Assembly: GCA_963817725.1 (NCBI GenBank)
Contig: CAWFPD010000007.1
Span: 215,750-279,749 of the forward strand
DNA length: 64,000 nucleotides
Origin: an uncultured delta proteobacterium
GTDB lineage: Bacteria > Myxococcota_A > Polyangia > Polyangiales > Houyiibacteriaceae
Direction: 5' to 3'
Below, piece by piece: positions 20,854 to 31,256 of the stretch. The notes beneath the pieces were generated by a model. The model was not told where the DNA came from, made no database searches, and worked only from the letters and a program-made list of their open reading frames with translations. The translations under genes were made by a program, and so were the position numbers. Every line of letters starts with the position of its first letter. The stretch's first letter is position 1.

Positions 20854-21765
20854 TCAGAAGTACTCGTCGATCTCGGACATCAGCTTCTTGGCCTTGCGCT
20901 GCTCGCACTGGTTCTCCGGCTTGATCGCAGGAATCACGTTGGGATCGCCACTGATGACGTAGTTCAAGAGCTCCTCGAAGAGCGCCTTGTTGTCTTCCTT
21001 GATCGCCCACTCCTCGGCCATGAGGACGCGGGTACCCCAGTAGTTGGGCTGCGCATCGATGGAGACGTTGAAGTGCTTGGCAGACTTCTTCATGTCGCCA
21101 CCGGCGAAACCCGGAGCCCGCGCATAGAAGACGCCAAAATATCGGTCCGGACCCTGATACCAGTAGGTCGGATAACGCTCCAGGCAGAACTCCATGATCT
21201 CGCGGACCTGGTCCTTGTAGGAAAGCAGAGTGGCAAAGCTCTCCAGAGTCGCCCAGCGCCCGAGGTTCGACGAGTACCAATACAGCGCCGGTACCGCGGA
21301 CTTATCGAGAACGCTGATCGCATCCTCGACCAGCGCGCCAGCCGCCATCTCCTTGGCGAACGCGGGGGACAGAGCCGATAGGGCGCGCTCGGCCGCCTTG
21401 GTTCCCTCCTCGTGCGTGTTCTTCCAGAGGTCTGGATTGTCCTCGTCGAAGCGCAAATGACAATCCGCGTAGAAATAGATCGCGTGGGTTAGGTCGGTCA
21501 GCGCTTGCCAGTTCGAGGGGTCTAGATCGGTCGCCGCTTTGTAGTCGTCGACCGCGGCCTTGGCCTGCGTTGGGTCTGCTCGGTTTTCCCACTCTGCTTT
21601 GGCATCCGCCAGCAACTGCGCCACCTGGGCGCGGGTCGCGTCATCGAGCTTGACGGACCCTCCGGTGGTGTCCCAGGCCGTCTCGCGGGTCGAGCCACAA
21701 CTGGCCACCAGGGCAGCCAAGCACATCAGGGCAACCCAGTGCCCGAACTTCAACGAACGCATCAT
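20854..21765 (-). CDS. TatT-like (TRAP-associated, TPR-like) lipoprotein
   Basis: Lipobox LVASCGS, an all-helical repeat protein immediately upstream of DctP. The C-terminal pattern FYARAPGFAGGDMKKSAKHF...PENQCEQRKAKKL resembles the TatT family as I recall it. Confidence 0.65.
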   Translation of the reverse strand: MMRSLKFGHWVALMCLAALVASCGSTRETAWDTTGGSVKLDDATRAQVAQLLADAKAEWENRADPTQAKAAVDDYKAATDLDPSNWQALTDLTHAIYFYADCHLRFDEDNPDLWKNTHEEGTKAAERALSALSPAFAKEMAAGALVEDAISVLDKSAVPALYWYSSNLGRWATLESFATLLSYKDQVREIMEFCLERYPTYWYQGPDRYFGVFYARAPGFAGGDMKKSAKHFNVSIDAQPNYWGTRVLMAEEWAIKEDNKALFEELLNYVISGDPNVIPAIKPENQCEQRKAKKLMSEIDEYF

Positions 21766-21979
21766 GCTTTCCTCCTGCTCCCACGCCCGATCGGGCGGGG
21801 TTACTGGCGGGGCATACCAAGAGCCCTTTCACGCTGTCAACGACGCAAATTTCGCCAGGGGTGGTTTGCTTGCAGGGAGACGGGCGCTGTGGTAGCTGCT
21901 CCGGCGAAAATTGGGTTTGCCTTTTGATGGGTGGGCCGCCGCGGCCCGCCCATTTTTCGTTCGGGGGCGCAGGTCCACA

Positions 21980-22480
21980 TTGACCCACCAAAAAAGACAG
22001 CTGGAAAGCTCGTTGGAGCAACTGATCGACCCGATTTGCCGCGCGCACGGCGTCGAGCTCGTGGACGTGCGCTATTTGCGTGAGCCCGGCGGCGCCGTGA
22101 TCCGGGTCATCATCGACCGGGAGGCTCCCGGACTGGATATCGGTAGCGGGGTGTCGCTGGAAGATTGCACCGCCGTCAGCCGAGATGCCTCGGCGTCCCT
22201 CGATGTCCATGACGACCTGCTTCCGCCGGGCGGGTACCGGCTGGAAGTCAGCTCCCCGGGTCTCGAGCGCCCTCTGGTGAAGCTCACAGACTTCGAGCGA
22301 TTTTCCGGGCGAGAGGTCAAGGTGCGGACCCGGACCCCAATCGAGAGGCAGCGCCGCTTTCGCGGCAGGCTGCTTCGCGTGGTCGATCAAAGCATCGAGA
22401 TCGACCAAGACGGCAAGGTTCTTTCGATTCCCCACGAGGACATCGCCCACGCGAACCTCGTGTACCGATTCTCGAAATAG
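21980..22480 (+). CDS. rimP: ribosome maturation factor RimP
   Basis: [39 protein letters not shown] at 21980 gives 166 aa; the tracked ORF starts at 21911. Confidence 0.85.
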   Translation: MTHQKRQLESSLEQLIDPICRAHGVELVDVRYLREPGGAVIRVIIDREAPGLDIGSGVSLEDCTAVSRDASASLDVHDDLLPPGGYRLEVSSPGLERPLVKLTDFERFSGREVKVRTRTPIERQRRFRGRLLRVVDQSIEIDQDGKVLSIPHEDIAHANLVYRFSK

Positions 22481-22488
22481 GTGGTTGG

Positions 22489-24267
22489 ATGGCAATGCAA
22501 CAAGGCGCGCTTTCACTTCAGCACGTGATTGAACAGGTCAGCCAGGAAAAGGGCATCGATGCCAAGATTCTGGTCGAGGCCACCGAGCAGGCGATTCTGA
22601 CGGCGGCCAAGAAGACGTTCGGTCCCGATCGGGAGCTTGAAGCGAGGTTCAACACCGACACCGGTGCGGTGGACTTGTTTCAGTACATGACCGTGGTGGA
22701 AGACGTCGACAATGCCGAGCAAGAGATCTCGCTCAAGGAGGCGCAGTCGCACGGCCTCGAGGCGGAAATCGGCGAAGAGCTCGGGTTTCAGATCTTTTAT
22801 CTGCCCGAGGACCGCGATAAGGCGAGGGAGCAAGACAAGCAGTTCGGAACGCTCCTGAACCTCGAGCAGAGCCGCAGCCGGTTTGGCCGCATTGCCGCGC
22901 AGACCGCGAAGCAGGTGATCATCCAGCGTGTACGTGATGCGGAGCGGGAGCGGGTCTATGCCGAATACAAGAATCGCAAGGGGGAGATCATCACCGGTGT
23001 CGTTCGGCGGTTCGAGCGCGGCTCGAACATCATCGTCGACCTCGGGCGCGGCGTCGAAGCCGTCTTGCCGCCGCGAGAGCAGACCCCACGCGAAAGCTAT
23101 CGTCCTGGCGACCGGATCGTGGCCTACCTGAAGGACATCGATCGCGAGGCGCGCGGTCCCCAGATCATCCTTTCTCGAACCGATGTCGGGTTGCTCGTGA
23201 AGCTGTTCGAGATGGAGGTGCCCGAGATATACGAGGGCATCGTACGGATCGTCGCCGCGGCGCGTGAGCCCGGCGCGCGATCCAAAATCGCGGTGAGCAG
23301 CCGTGACTCGGACGTCGACCCGGTCGGAGCGTGCGTGGGCATGAAGGGCTCTCGCGTGCAGGCGGTCGTACAGGAGCTTCGGGGCGAGAAGATCGACATC
23401 GTTCCGTGGGATCGCGATCCGGCGCGTTTCGTTTGCAACGCAATCGCGCCGGCAGAGGTCGTGCGAGTGGTGATCGACGAGACGAATTCGAACATGGAGC
23501 TCGTCGTACCCGACCCGAAGCTTTCGTTGGCCATAGGCCGGCGCGGGCAAAATGTCCGACTCGCGTCCCAGTTGACTGGGTGGCGTCTCGACATCGTCAG
23601 CGAGTCTCGCTTCAAGCAAATCGAGGAAGAGGCCATGGCGGCTTTGTCTCGCTTGAGCGCGGACGAGGAGGTTTCGCGGTCGCTCTACCGGATGGGTTTC
23701 CGGAGTCTTGACGAGGTCGTCGACGCCAGCGCGGGTGAGCTGGCATCAGTTCCTGGAATTTCGGCCGAGCAGGTGCCGACGCTGCGCGAGGACGCCGCCA
23801 AAGCCATGGAAGAGGTGCGCAAGGAAGCGCTGGAAGCCACCGCGGATCGTACCGAGGCACCATCGGAGCGCGACAAGCTGCTCTTGGTGCGCGGCGTGAA
23901 TGCGCGGATCGCAGACCTGCTCGAGCAGAGTGGCTACGGGTCGCCCGAGGCAGTGGCGCGCGAGGAGGACACCGATCGTTTCGCGATCAAGTCCGGGCTC
24001 GGTGCGGCGAAGGCGCAGGCGGTCAAGGCTGCCGTTGCGCGATTCTTGGAAACCGAGTGGCCGCCCATCGAAACCAGGATGGAGCAGAGCATCGCAGCGG
24101 CCCGGGCCGAGGCTGCCAAGATCGAAGCCGAGGAAGCGGCGGCAGCAGCGGCCGAGCTCGAGGCGCAGGCCGAGGGTGGGCCTCAGGAAGCCACCTTGGG
24201 ATCCGAGCCTGGCGCAGAGAATGTCACGGCCGCAGGCGTGGAGACCGAGGAGATCAAGCAGGGATAG
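22489..24267 (+). CDS. nusA: transcription termination/antitermination factor NusA (long acidic C-terminal extension)
   Basis: S1 and KH regions ([87 protein letters not shown]). Confidence 0.95.
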   Translation: MAMQQGALSLQHVIEQVSQEKGIDAKILVEATEQAILTAAKKTFGPDRELEARFNTDTGAVDLFQYMTVVEDVDNAEQEISLKEAQSHGLEAEIGEELGFQIFYLPEDRDKAREQDKQFGTLLNLEQSRSRFGRIAAQTAKQVIIQRVRDAERERVYAEYKNRKGEIITGVVRRFERGSNIIVDLGRGVEAVLPPREQTPRESYRPGDRIVAYLKDIDREARGPQIILSRTDVGLLVKLFEMEVPEIYEGIVRIVAAAREPGARSKIAVSSRDSDVDPVGACVGMKGSRVQAVVQELRGEKIDIVPWDRDPARFVCNAIAPAEVVRVVIDETNSNMELVVPDPKLSLAIGRRGQNVRLASQLTGWRLDIVSESRFKQIEEEAMAALSRLSADEEVSRSLYRMGFRSLDEVVDASAGELASVPGISAEQVPTLREDAAKAMEEVRKEALEATADRTEAPSERDKLLLVRGVNARIADLLEQSGYGSPEAVAREEDTDRFAIKSGLGAAKAQAVKAAVARFLETEWPPIETRMEQSIAAARAEAAKIEAEEAAAAAAELEAQAEGGPQEATLGSEPGAENVTAAGVETEEIKQG

Positions 24268-24274
24268 ACCGTCG

Positions 24275-24883
24275 ATGTTGAATGTGATGGGAAAAGCGGA
24301 GCGAGACAGGTCTTCGAAGCGAATGTGCGCCGGGTGCGGTCGCCGCACCGAGCCCGAGGCGCTCGTGCGTCTGGTGGTCGGGGACATTCCGCCGTTCCTG
24401 GCGGTGGATCTGGGGCGCCGGCTCGGCGGACGCGGCGTGTCCGTCCATCCTGCTCGGGCGTGCATTCGGTCTGCCGCCTTGCGAGGCGGGCTTGCTCGAG
24501 CGCTTCGGGGCGCGGCCCAGGTCGATCCCGAAAGTGTCGAGCGGATGATCGTGCAGCAACTCGATCGGCGTGTGGTCGGATTGCTGAGCTCCGGGCAACG
24601 CAGACGCAGCCTGGCACTCGGCGCCGAAGCCGTTCGCTCGGCCCTGCAGGCAGAACGGGGTTATCTACTGATCCGCGCGAGCGATTCGCGCGGTCGGGTG
24701 ATGGAGCTCTCACGCGCGGCGACTGCGCTCGGTTGCGCAACGGCCACGTGGGGGACCAAGGCAACGTTGGGGGACGCGTTTGGCCGTTCGGATCTCGGTG
24801 TCCTCCTGGTGATGGATCGGGGCATCGCTCGTGCCGTGGCGGATTGCCTGTCACGCATTGAAGCCTTATCGGAGGATGGATGA
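24275..24883 (+). CDS. YlxR (DUF448) RNA-binding domain fused to an L7Ae/YlxQ-like domain
   Basis: RMCAGCGRRTEPEALVRLV...GRGVSVHP (DUF448), then LLSSGQRRRSLALGAEAVRSAL...LLIRASDS...LGDAFGRSDLGVLLV (L7Ae-like). ATGA overlap with infB. Confidence 0.8.
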   Translation: MLNVMGKAERDRSSKRMCAGCGRRTEPEALVRLVVGDIPPFLAVDLGRRLGGRGVSVHPARACIRSAALRGGLARALRGAAQVDPESVERMIVQQLDRRVVGLLSSGQRRRSLALGAEAVRSALQAERGYLLIRASDSRGRVMELSRAATALGCATATWGTKATLGDAFGRSDLGVLLVMDRGIARAVADCLSRIEALSEDG

Positions 24884-27366
24884 GCAAGGTTCGAGTCTAC
24901 GAGGTCGCACGTGAGCTGGGGGTCGATAACCGCGACCTGATTCAGCGGATTGCGACCTTGGGGATCCAAGTGCGCAATCACATGAGCGTTCTCGACCCAG
25001 TTGAAGTGGACCGTATCAAACGATCACTCGAAAAGGACCGAGGGGCGACCATGGTCGAAGAGCGCATTCGACCGACCGTCGTGCGGCGTAAGCGGCGCAA
25101 GGCCGTCGAGCAAGCGGAGCCAGCCGAAGCCGCTGCTCCGCCTCCGGCTCCGACGCCGTCGGCCCCCTCGCCGCAGCCTGAGATCGAACCGGCCCATGAG
25201 CGAGCGGCAGTCGAAGCGCCCGCCGAGACGGAGGCCGCATCGCCACCTGCTACCTCCGAAGCGCTCGCCGAGGAGCCGCGTGTCTCGGAGCCCCCGCCGC
25301 CTCCGGAGCCTACCGAAAAGCCCGGAGAACGGGGACGTTTCTCCCACGACCCGCTTCCGCCTGGGGTCATGCGCCGCGGCAAGGCGAAGGCCCCGAGCGC
25401 CACACCGCTTTCGGAAGGAGCGCGGCGTCGCATCGTCGCGGAGCATGCTGCGCAGCGAGAGCAGGCGCCCCGCCGGCGCGAGATTCGGGGACGTTCCTCG
25501 ATAGGGCCTACTGGCAGGCCGCAAGGACGTCCCGGCAAGAAACGCCTGCAACCCGGCAAGAAGCCGAAACAAACCGAAATTACGGTGCCAGGTGCTCAAA
25601 AGCGCGTGATCCGGATCGAGGACAACATCCAGCTTCAGGCGCTTGCCCAGCGCATGAGCCTCAAGGCTACCGACGTCTTGATGAAGCTGATGGAGCTCGG
25701 TGTCTCGGGAGTCCACATCAACAGCACGCTCGATGCGGATACTGCGTCCGTTCTGGCCAACGAGTTCAACTACGAGGTCGAAAACGTCGCGCGGAGCGAG
25801 GATGAAATCGTCGGAGACGCGCGAGGCCAGTTCGAGGACAAGGCAACCGACCGAGCGCACCGTCCGCCAGTCGTGACCGTCATGGGTCACGTCGACCACG
25901 GCAAGACGTCGCTGCTCGACAAGATCCGCCAGAGCGATGTCGTTGCCGGCGAAGCGGGCGGAATCACGCAGCACATCGGCGCATATCGCGTCGATACCAA
26001 GCAAGGTACCGTCGTATTTCTCGATACGCCGGGTCACGAGGCCTTCACGGCCATGCGAGCTCGGGGAGCACAGGCCACCGACATCGTCATCTTGGTGGTG
26101 GCTGCAGACGATGGCGTGATGCCCCAGACGAAAGAGGCCGTGAACCACGCTCAGGCGGCGGAAGTTCCGATCGTGGTGGCCGTCAACAAGATCGACAAGC
26201 CCGAGGCCAATCCGGAGAAAGTGAAGAACGAGCTCGCAGCGTTGGGGCTGCAGCCCGAGGAGTGGGGCGGAGACACCATCTTCATTCCATGCTCTGCGGT
26301 CACGGGCGAGGGTGTCGATGAGCTACTCGAAAACGTGCTGCTCCAGGCCGAGGTTCTCGAGCTGACCGCCAATCCGCAAATTCCGGCAGAGGGAATAGTC
26401 CTCGAGGCATATCTCGATCGTGGACGAGGTCCTGTGGCGAACGTGTTGATTCGAGACGGTTCTTTGGATACTGGTGACTACGTGGTCGCGGGGGGTGCTT
26501 GGGGTCGAGTCCGCGCCATGACCGATGACCGGGGCAAGCAACTCTCCAGTGCCGGGCCGGCCACACCCGTCGAGGTTCTCGGTTTGGCGGAGCTTCCGGC
26601 GGCCGGCGACCTCTTTTACGAGGTCACCGACCAGCGCAAGGCACAAGAAGTAGCCGGGGCGCGCAAGAAGCCCGGGACCCCGAGCGCCGTGCCAGCCGGA
26701 GGCCTTCGCGGCCTGGATCAGCTTCAGGCCCTCATGCAAAGCGGCGACGTTCAGGAGCTGCGGTTGGTGGTCAAGGCCGACGTACAGGGCTCGGTGGAGG
26801 CGCTCCAAGGAGCGCTCGCGGATCTCGGCACGGAGAAGGTGAAGGTCAACGTCATCCATACCGGCGTGGGGGGCATCACCGAGAACGACGTGATGCTCGC
26901 AAGCGCATCGCAGGCCATCGTCCTCGGCTTCAACGTCCGTCCCCAGGGCAAAGCTTCCTCGACGGCAAAGAAAGAAGGCGTCGAGATCCGGACGTACAAC
27001 GTCATCTACGAGGCCATCGACGAAGTGAAGGCGGCCATGAAAGGCCTCCTCGCGCCGAAGGTGGTTCAGGCCGAGCTCGGCAAGGCCGAGGTGCGGCAAA
27101 CCTTTGGAATCCCGAAGATCGGCACGATCGCGGGCTGCATGGTGCTCGAGGGCAAAATCAACCGCGGCGCCAGGGCACGACTGGTGCGCGACGGCGTCGT
27201 CGTGTGGGAGGGTCCGATGGGCTCGCTCCGCCGCTTCAAGGAGGACATCAAAGAAGTGCAGGCGGGCATGGAATGCGGCATTGGCTTGCAGGGCTTCAAT
27301 GACATCAAAGAGCATGACATCATCGAGTGCTACGAAGAGCAGCAAGTCGAGGCGACACTCGAGTGA
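24880..27366 (+). CDS. infB: translation initiation factor IF-2
   Basis: G domain [30 protein letters not shown]; Pro/Ala-rich N-terminal region; 828 aa. Confidence 0.97.
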   Translation: MSKVRVYEVARELGVDNRDLIQRIATLGIQVRNHMSVLDPVEVDRIKRSLEKDRGATMVEERIRPTVVRRKRRKAVEQAEPAEAAAPPPAPTPSAPSPQPEIEPAHERAAVEAPAETEAASPPATSEALAEEPRVSEPPPPPEPTEKPGERGRFSHDPLPPGVMRRGKAKAPSATPLSEGARRRIVAEHAAQREQAPRRREIRGRSSIGPTGRPQGRPGKKRLQPGKKPKQTEITVPGAQKRVIRIEDNIQLQALAQRMSLKATDVLMKLMELGVSGVHINSTLDADTASVLANEFNYEVENVARSEDEIVGDARGQFEDKATDRAHRPPVVTVMGHVDHGKTSLLDKIRQSDVVAGEAGGITQHIGAYRVDTKQGTVVFLDTPGHEAFTAMRARGAQATDIVILVVAADDGVMPQTKEAVNHAQAAEVPIVVAVNKIDKPEANPEKVKNELAALGLQPEEWGGDTIFIPCSAVTGEGVDELLENVLLQAEVLELTANPQIPAEGIVLEAYLDRGRGPVANVLIRDGSLDTGDYVVAGGAWGRVRAMTDDRGKQLSSAGPATPVEVLGLAELPAAGDLFYEVTDQRKAQEVAGARKKPGTPSAVPAGGLRGLDQLQALMQSGDVQELRLVVKADVQGSVEALQGALADLGTEKVKVNVIHTGVGGITENDVMLASASQAIVLGFNVRPQGKASSTAKKEGVEIRTYNVIYEAIDEVKAAMKGLLAPKVVQAELGKAEVRQTFGIPKIGTIAGCMVLEGKINRGARARLVRDGVVVWEGPMGSLRRFKEDIKEVQAGMECGIGLQGFNDIKEHDIIECYEEQQVEATLE

Positions 27367-27390
27367 GCCGAGCACTCTGAGAGCCCAGAC

Positions 27391-27705
27391 ATGGTCGTCG
27401 GCGTTTGCCAGATTTCGCTTTCACTGCCGGGCGTGACCTCGCTGAAGGCGAAACGATCGATCGTTCGAAAAGTGCTCGATCGGGCCTCAAATCGCTTCAA
27501 CGTGTCCGCCGCGGAGGTTGGATATCAAGACGTGCACCGGCGCGCATTGCTTGGCTTTGCGGTGATTTCGGGGGACCGACGGCACGCCAATGCGATGCTC
27601 GATTCGATTGCTTCGTTTGTCGAGTCCTCGTCAGAGGCGGTGGTAATGGATCGCACGATGGAGTTGGTCTCCTTCGGGGAGCCCCAAGCTTGGGTGGGCC
27701 GATAG
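27391..27705 (+). CDS. DUF503 (YlxP-like) protein
   Basis: MVVGVCQISLSLPGVTSLKAKRSIVRKVLDR...; conserved position between infB and rbfA. Confidence 0.8.
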   Translation: MVVGVCQISLSLPGVTSLKAKRSIVRKVLDRASNRFNVSAAEVGYQDVHRRALLGFAVISGDRRHANAMLDSIASFVESSSEAVVMDRTMELVSFGEPQAWVGR

Positions 27706-28089
27706 ATGCCACAGCGGGCTTTTCGTAGGGCAGACCGGGTGGCAGAGCGCATACGAAGCGAGCTGATGGATCTGTTGCTCCGCGGCAGCGTGCGCGATCC
27801 CGCAGCCAGTGACGTGGTGGTCTCGGCCGTGCGTGTGACCGATGATCTCAGCATTGCCAGGGTGTATGTACGCGTGCTCGAGGAGATCGGTCCCGACCGC
27901 CAAGACGCGGTGGTCCGTGCCCTTGGGCGCGCGACGGGCTTTCTTCGCAGGGAGCTCGGACACCGGCTGCAACTTCGTCATGTTCCTTCCCTCGAGTTCT
28001 ACTGGGACGACGTCGTGGATTCGGCGCTTCGCATCGAGTCGATCTTGGACGAAATCCGTGACGAGTCCGGTGGAGGGCCAAAGGAATAG
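27706..28089 (+). CDS. rbfA: ribosome-binding factor A
   Basis: RADRVAERIRSELMDLLLRG...VRVTDDLSIARVYV...LQLRHVPSLEF. Confidence 0.9.
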   Translation: MPQRAFRRADRVAERIRSELMDLLLRGSVRDPAASDVVVSAVRVTDDLSIARVYVRVLEEIGPDRQDAVVRALGRATGFLRRELGHRLQLRHVPSLEFYWDDVVDSALRIESILDEIRDESGGGPKE

Positions 28090-28091
28090 GC

Positions 28092-29072
28092 ATGATTGAA
28101 CGAGCCGTGCAAATCGTCGATGAGGGAAAGCATTTCCTCGTAGCGTGCCACCGCCGGCCGGACGCGGATTCACTGGGTTCGGCGCTTGGTCTGATCAAGA
28201 CACTTCGAGCGGTGGGCAAAGAGGCCACGCTCTTCATGCCCGAATCGATTCCCAACTCCTTGGCCTTCCTCATGACGGGAGAGCAGAGCGTCGATGTGGT
28301 GCCCGACGGAGTGCGCTTCGATGCGACCTGGATCATGGATATTGCGGCAAAGGCCCTCATACCGCCTAGATTTCCGGGGCCCGAGGTGACCGGCCCCGTG
28401 GTGGTGGTGGATCATCACCATGCTCACGACGATATCGGCGACGTGGTCGTCCGGGACACGAGCGCAGCGGCGACTGGCGAGGTCGTGGTTCGGCTCATCG
28501 AGGCCTTGGGTTTGAAATCGATCCCGGAAGGGGCGGCCACTCCGATTTACGCGGCGATCGTATCGGACACGGGCGGCTTTCGTTATGCGACGACTCGGCC
28601 CGAGACCCTTCGACTCGGCGCACGATTGCTGGAAGCAGGCGCCGACCCATGGCAGGTCGCCTCTCATCTGTTCGAGCGGTGGGAGCCGGCGCGGCTTCGG
28701 CTGCTCTCATCGATCATCGCGACGCTCGAGATGGCGTTCGACGACCGGGTGGCGATCATGCGCGTAACCCGGCAGATGCTTCAGATTTGCGGCGCGGACG
28801 ACGACATGGTCGAAGGCATGGTGAATTACGCGCGCAGTGTGGAGGGCGTCGAGATCGGGGCGCTCCTATGGGAGTGGCCGGTGCGGGGTGACGATGGCGA
28901 TCACCTAGAAACGAAGATCAGCCTTCGCTCGAGTGGAAATGCAGACGTGTCCGTCATCGCCGCTGCGCTCGGCGGCGGCGGGCACCGGGCTGCTGCTGCT
29001 ACACAGCTCAATGTCACGATTGACAAGGCGGACGAGTTGTTGCACGCCGAGCTCGCCAAGCACTTCGCATGA
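28092..29072 (+). CDS. DHH/DHHA1 family phosphoesterase (NrnA-like)
   Basis: HRRPDADSLGSALG, VVVVDHHHAHDD, DHHA1 motif GGGGHRAAA. Confidence 0.8.
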   Translation: MIERAVQIVDEGKHFLVACHRRPDADSLGSALGLIKTLRAVGKEATLFMPESIPNSLAFLMTGEQSVDVVPDGVRFDATWIMDIAAKALIPPRFPGPEVTGPVVVVDHHHAHDDIGDVVVRDTSAAATGEVVVRLIEALGLKSIPEGAATPIYAAIVSDTGGFRYATTRPETLRLGARLLEAGADPWQVASHLFERWEPARLRLLSSIIATLEMAFDDRVAIMRVTRQMLQICGADDDMVEGMVNYARSVEGVEIGALLWEWPVRGDDGDHLETKISLRSSGNADVSVIAAALGGGGHRAAAATQLNVTIDKADELLHAELAKHFA

Positions 29073-29980
29073 ATGGCATCGTGGTCGTCGACAAGCCTGC
29101 GGGGTGCACCTCGCACGACGTGGTGCAGCGCGTGCGTCGGACCTTACGCCAGCGGTCGGTCGGTCATGCAGGCACGCTGGACCCCCTTGCGACAGGCGTT
29201 CTCGTGGTCGCCCTCGGCGAAGCCACCAAGCTCGTCTCCTACCTTCAGGCCGACGACAAACGCTATGACGTGACGATCGCCCTCGGTACGGGAACCGATT
29301 CGTTGGACGCAGACGGCGAGGTCGTCGCCACCGCGGAAGTCCCGCCCCTCGACGTGGCCGCAGTGGACCGGGCGCTTCAGCGATTCATCGGGCGTCATCC
29401 GCAAAGGGCGCCGGACTTGAGCGCTGTCAAAGTGGCAGGCACCCCCCTGCACCGCCGGGTGCGCCGTGGCGAACAGATCGAGGCGCCCGTCCGGGAGGTA
29501 GAGCTCTTCGAAGCGACGACCGTGGAAGCCGGCCAAGACGAACTGCGTCTGCGCCTACACTGCGGCAAAGGCTTCTTCGTGCGCGCCCTGGCTAGGGACC
29601 TCTGCACCGAGCTCGGGACCGTCGGGCACGTGACGTCGCTTCGGCGCACCGCAAGTGGGAGGCTTTCCCTCGAAAGCGCCGTCGATGGCGACGACCTGAC
29701 CGCGCTGGGGATCGCCGAGCGCCTCATTCCGCTTCGCGAGGCCTGTGGCGGAATGCGCCGTGTAGAGTTGACCGAAGGGGGCGTCGTCGACGCACGCCAC
29801 GGCCGACCGGTCGTCGCGGAAGTCATCGCCGGGGATACCTGGCGCGATGCTCGGGCCGAGGAGCCGCTCGCGTTGTTTGGCCCCGATGGTGAGCCGGTGG
29901 CACTCGGACGCCGCGTCGATGACGGGATCCGCATCGTCCGGGGGTTCACGACCGCGGCGACCGATGTGGTAAGTCCCTAG
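29069..29980 (+). CDS. truB: tRNA pseudouridine(55) synthase
   Basis: GIVVVDKPAGCTSHDVV...GHAGTLDPLATGVLVVALGEATK; ATGA overlap with the upstream gene. Confidence 0.93.
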   Translation: MNGIVVVDKPAGCTSHDVVQRVRRTLRQRSVGHAGTLDPLATGVLVVALGEATKLVSYLQADDKRYDVTIALGTGTDSLDADGEVVATAEVPPLDVAAVDRALQRFIGRHPQRAPDLSAVKVAGTPLHRRVRRGEQIEAPVREVELFEATTVEAGQDELRLRLHCGKGFFVRALARDLCTELGTVGHVTSLRRTASGRLSLESAVDGDDLTALGIAERLIPLREACGGMRRVELTEGGVVDARHGRPVVAEVIAGDTWRDARAEEPLALFGPDGEPVALGRRVDDGIRIVRGFTTAATDVVSP

Positions 29981-29981
29981 C

Positions 29982-31256
29982 GTGGAGCGCACCCGTACCC
30001 TGATCCTCGGCGCTGGCATCAGCGGTCTTGCCTTTGCGGATTCTCTCGCCGACGGCGACTACCTCGTCGTCGAAGCCGAAGACGAGATCGGAGGCTATTG
30101 CAGGACGATCGAGCGGGATGGCTTCGTCTGGGACTATGCTGGACACTTCTTTCACTTTCGTCATCCGGGAATCGAGCGATACCTGCTCGACCGAATGGGA
30201 GGGCAACGCGTCCTGCGCGTTCAGCGCGAAAGCCGTATCTGGTACGCGGACCGGCTGATCGATTTCCCCTTTCAAAAGAACATCCACCAGCTTCCAAGCG
30301 GCGAGCACGAGGAATGCCTCGAAGGATTGCGCAATAGGCCCCCCGGCGAGACTACCAACTTCAAAGACATGTTGTACTCGCGGTATGGACGGGGCATCGC
30401 CGACAAGTTCCTGATTCCGTACAACGAAAAGCTATACGCGACGGACCTAGAGCGCCTGGACGTCGAAGCGATGGGCCGCTTCTTTCCGCACGCCAGCATG
30501 GAAGAGATCTTGGCCAATGCGCACACTCCGACCAACGAAGGTTACAATGCGACGTTCACCTATCCGGCGGGCGGTGCCATTCAGTACGTCCATGCGCTCG
30601 CGAAGGACGTGCGCACCGATCGCATTGCGCTCGGCGAGCGCGTTACGCGAATCGATCGCGCACGCAAGGTTGTCGTGACGCGCAAGCGCGAGATCGGATA
30701 CGAGATCCTCGTGAGTAGCGCGCCACTCGTCTCCCTGATGGACATGTGCGGGATCGACTACGACTCCAATGTGTTCAGTCACAACAAGGTTCAGGTCTTC
30801 AACCTCGGGTTCGATGCCAAGGGTCTATCGGGCATCCATTGGATCTACTACCCGCAGCGCGACCTGTCTTTTTATCGCGTCGGCTTCTACGACAACATCT
30901 TCGGCGCGAAACGAATGAGCTTGTACGTGGAGGTCGGCCTGGCCCGCGATCAGCGGCTCGCCGACCAGGATCGTGCTCGGCTCGAGTCCAGGGTTTTGCG
31001 CGGTCTCGAACGCTGCGGCGTCGTGACCAACCAGAGGCTGGTGGCCTCGCACGAAGTGATGCTCGACCCCGCCTACGTCCACGTCACCGCCGAGTCCGAT
31101 CGGCGGGTCGCAGAAACCAAGAAGCTGCTCGGCGCGCAGGGCATTCACACCATAGGTCGGTATGGCTCATGGACGTACTGCTCGATCGAAGACAACATCG
31201 TCGAGGCGCGTGAGCTTGCCGCCCGGTTGGGATTGGCAGCTCAATCCCCGTCGTAG
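29982..31256 (+). CDS. FAD/NAD(P)-binding oxidoreductase (amine-oxidase / UDP-galactopyranose-mutase-like)
   Basis: Rossmann motif ILGAGISGLAFADSL...VVEAEDEIGGYCRT; GTG start 2 nt after the truB stop. Confidence 0.7.
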   Translation: MERTRTLILGAGISGLAFADSLADGDYLVVEAEDEIGGYCRTIERDGFVWDYAGHFFHFRHPGIERYLLDRMGGQRVLRVQRESRIWYADRLIDFPFQKNIHQLPSGEHEECLEGLRNRPPGETTNFKDMLYSRYGRGIADKFLIPYNEKLYATDLERLDVEAMGRFFPHASMEEILANAHTPTNEGYNATFTYPAGGAIQYVHALAKDVRTDRIALGERVTRIDRARKVVVTRKREIGYEILVSSAPLVSLMDMCGIDYDSNVFSHNKVQVFNLGFDAKGLSGIHWIYYPQRDLSFYRVGFYDNIFGAKRMSLYVEVGLARDQRLADQDRARLESRVLRGLERCGVVTNQRLVASHEVMLDPAYVHVTAESDRRVAETKKLLGAQGIHTIGRYGSWTYCSIEDNIVEARELAARLGLAAQSPS

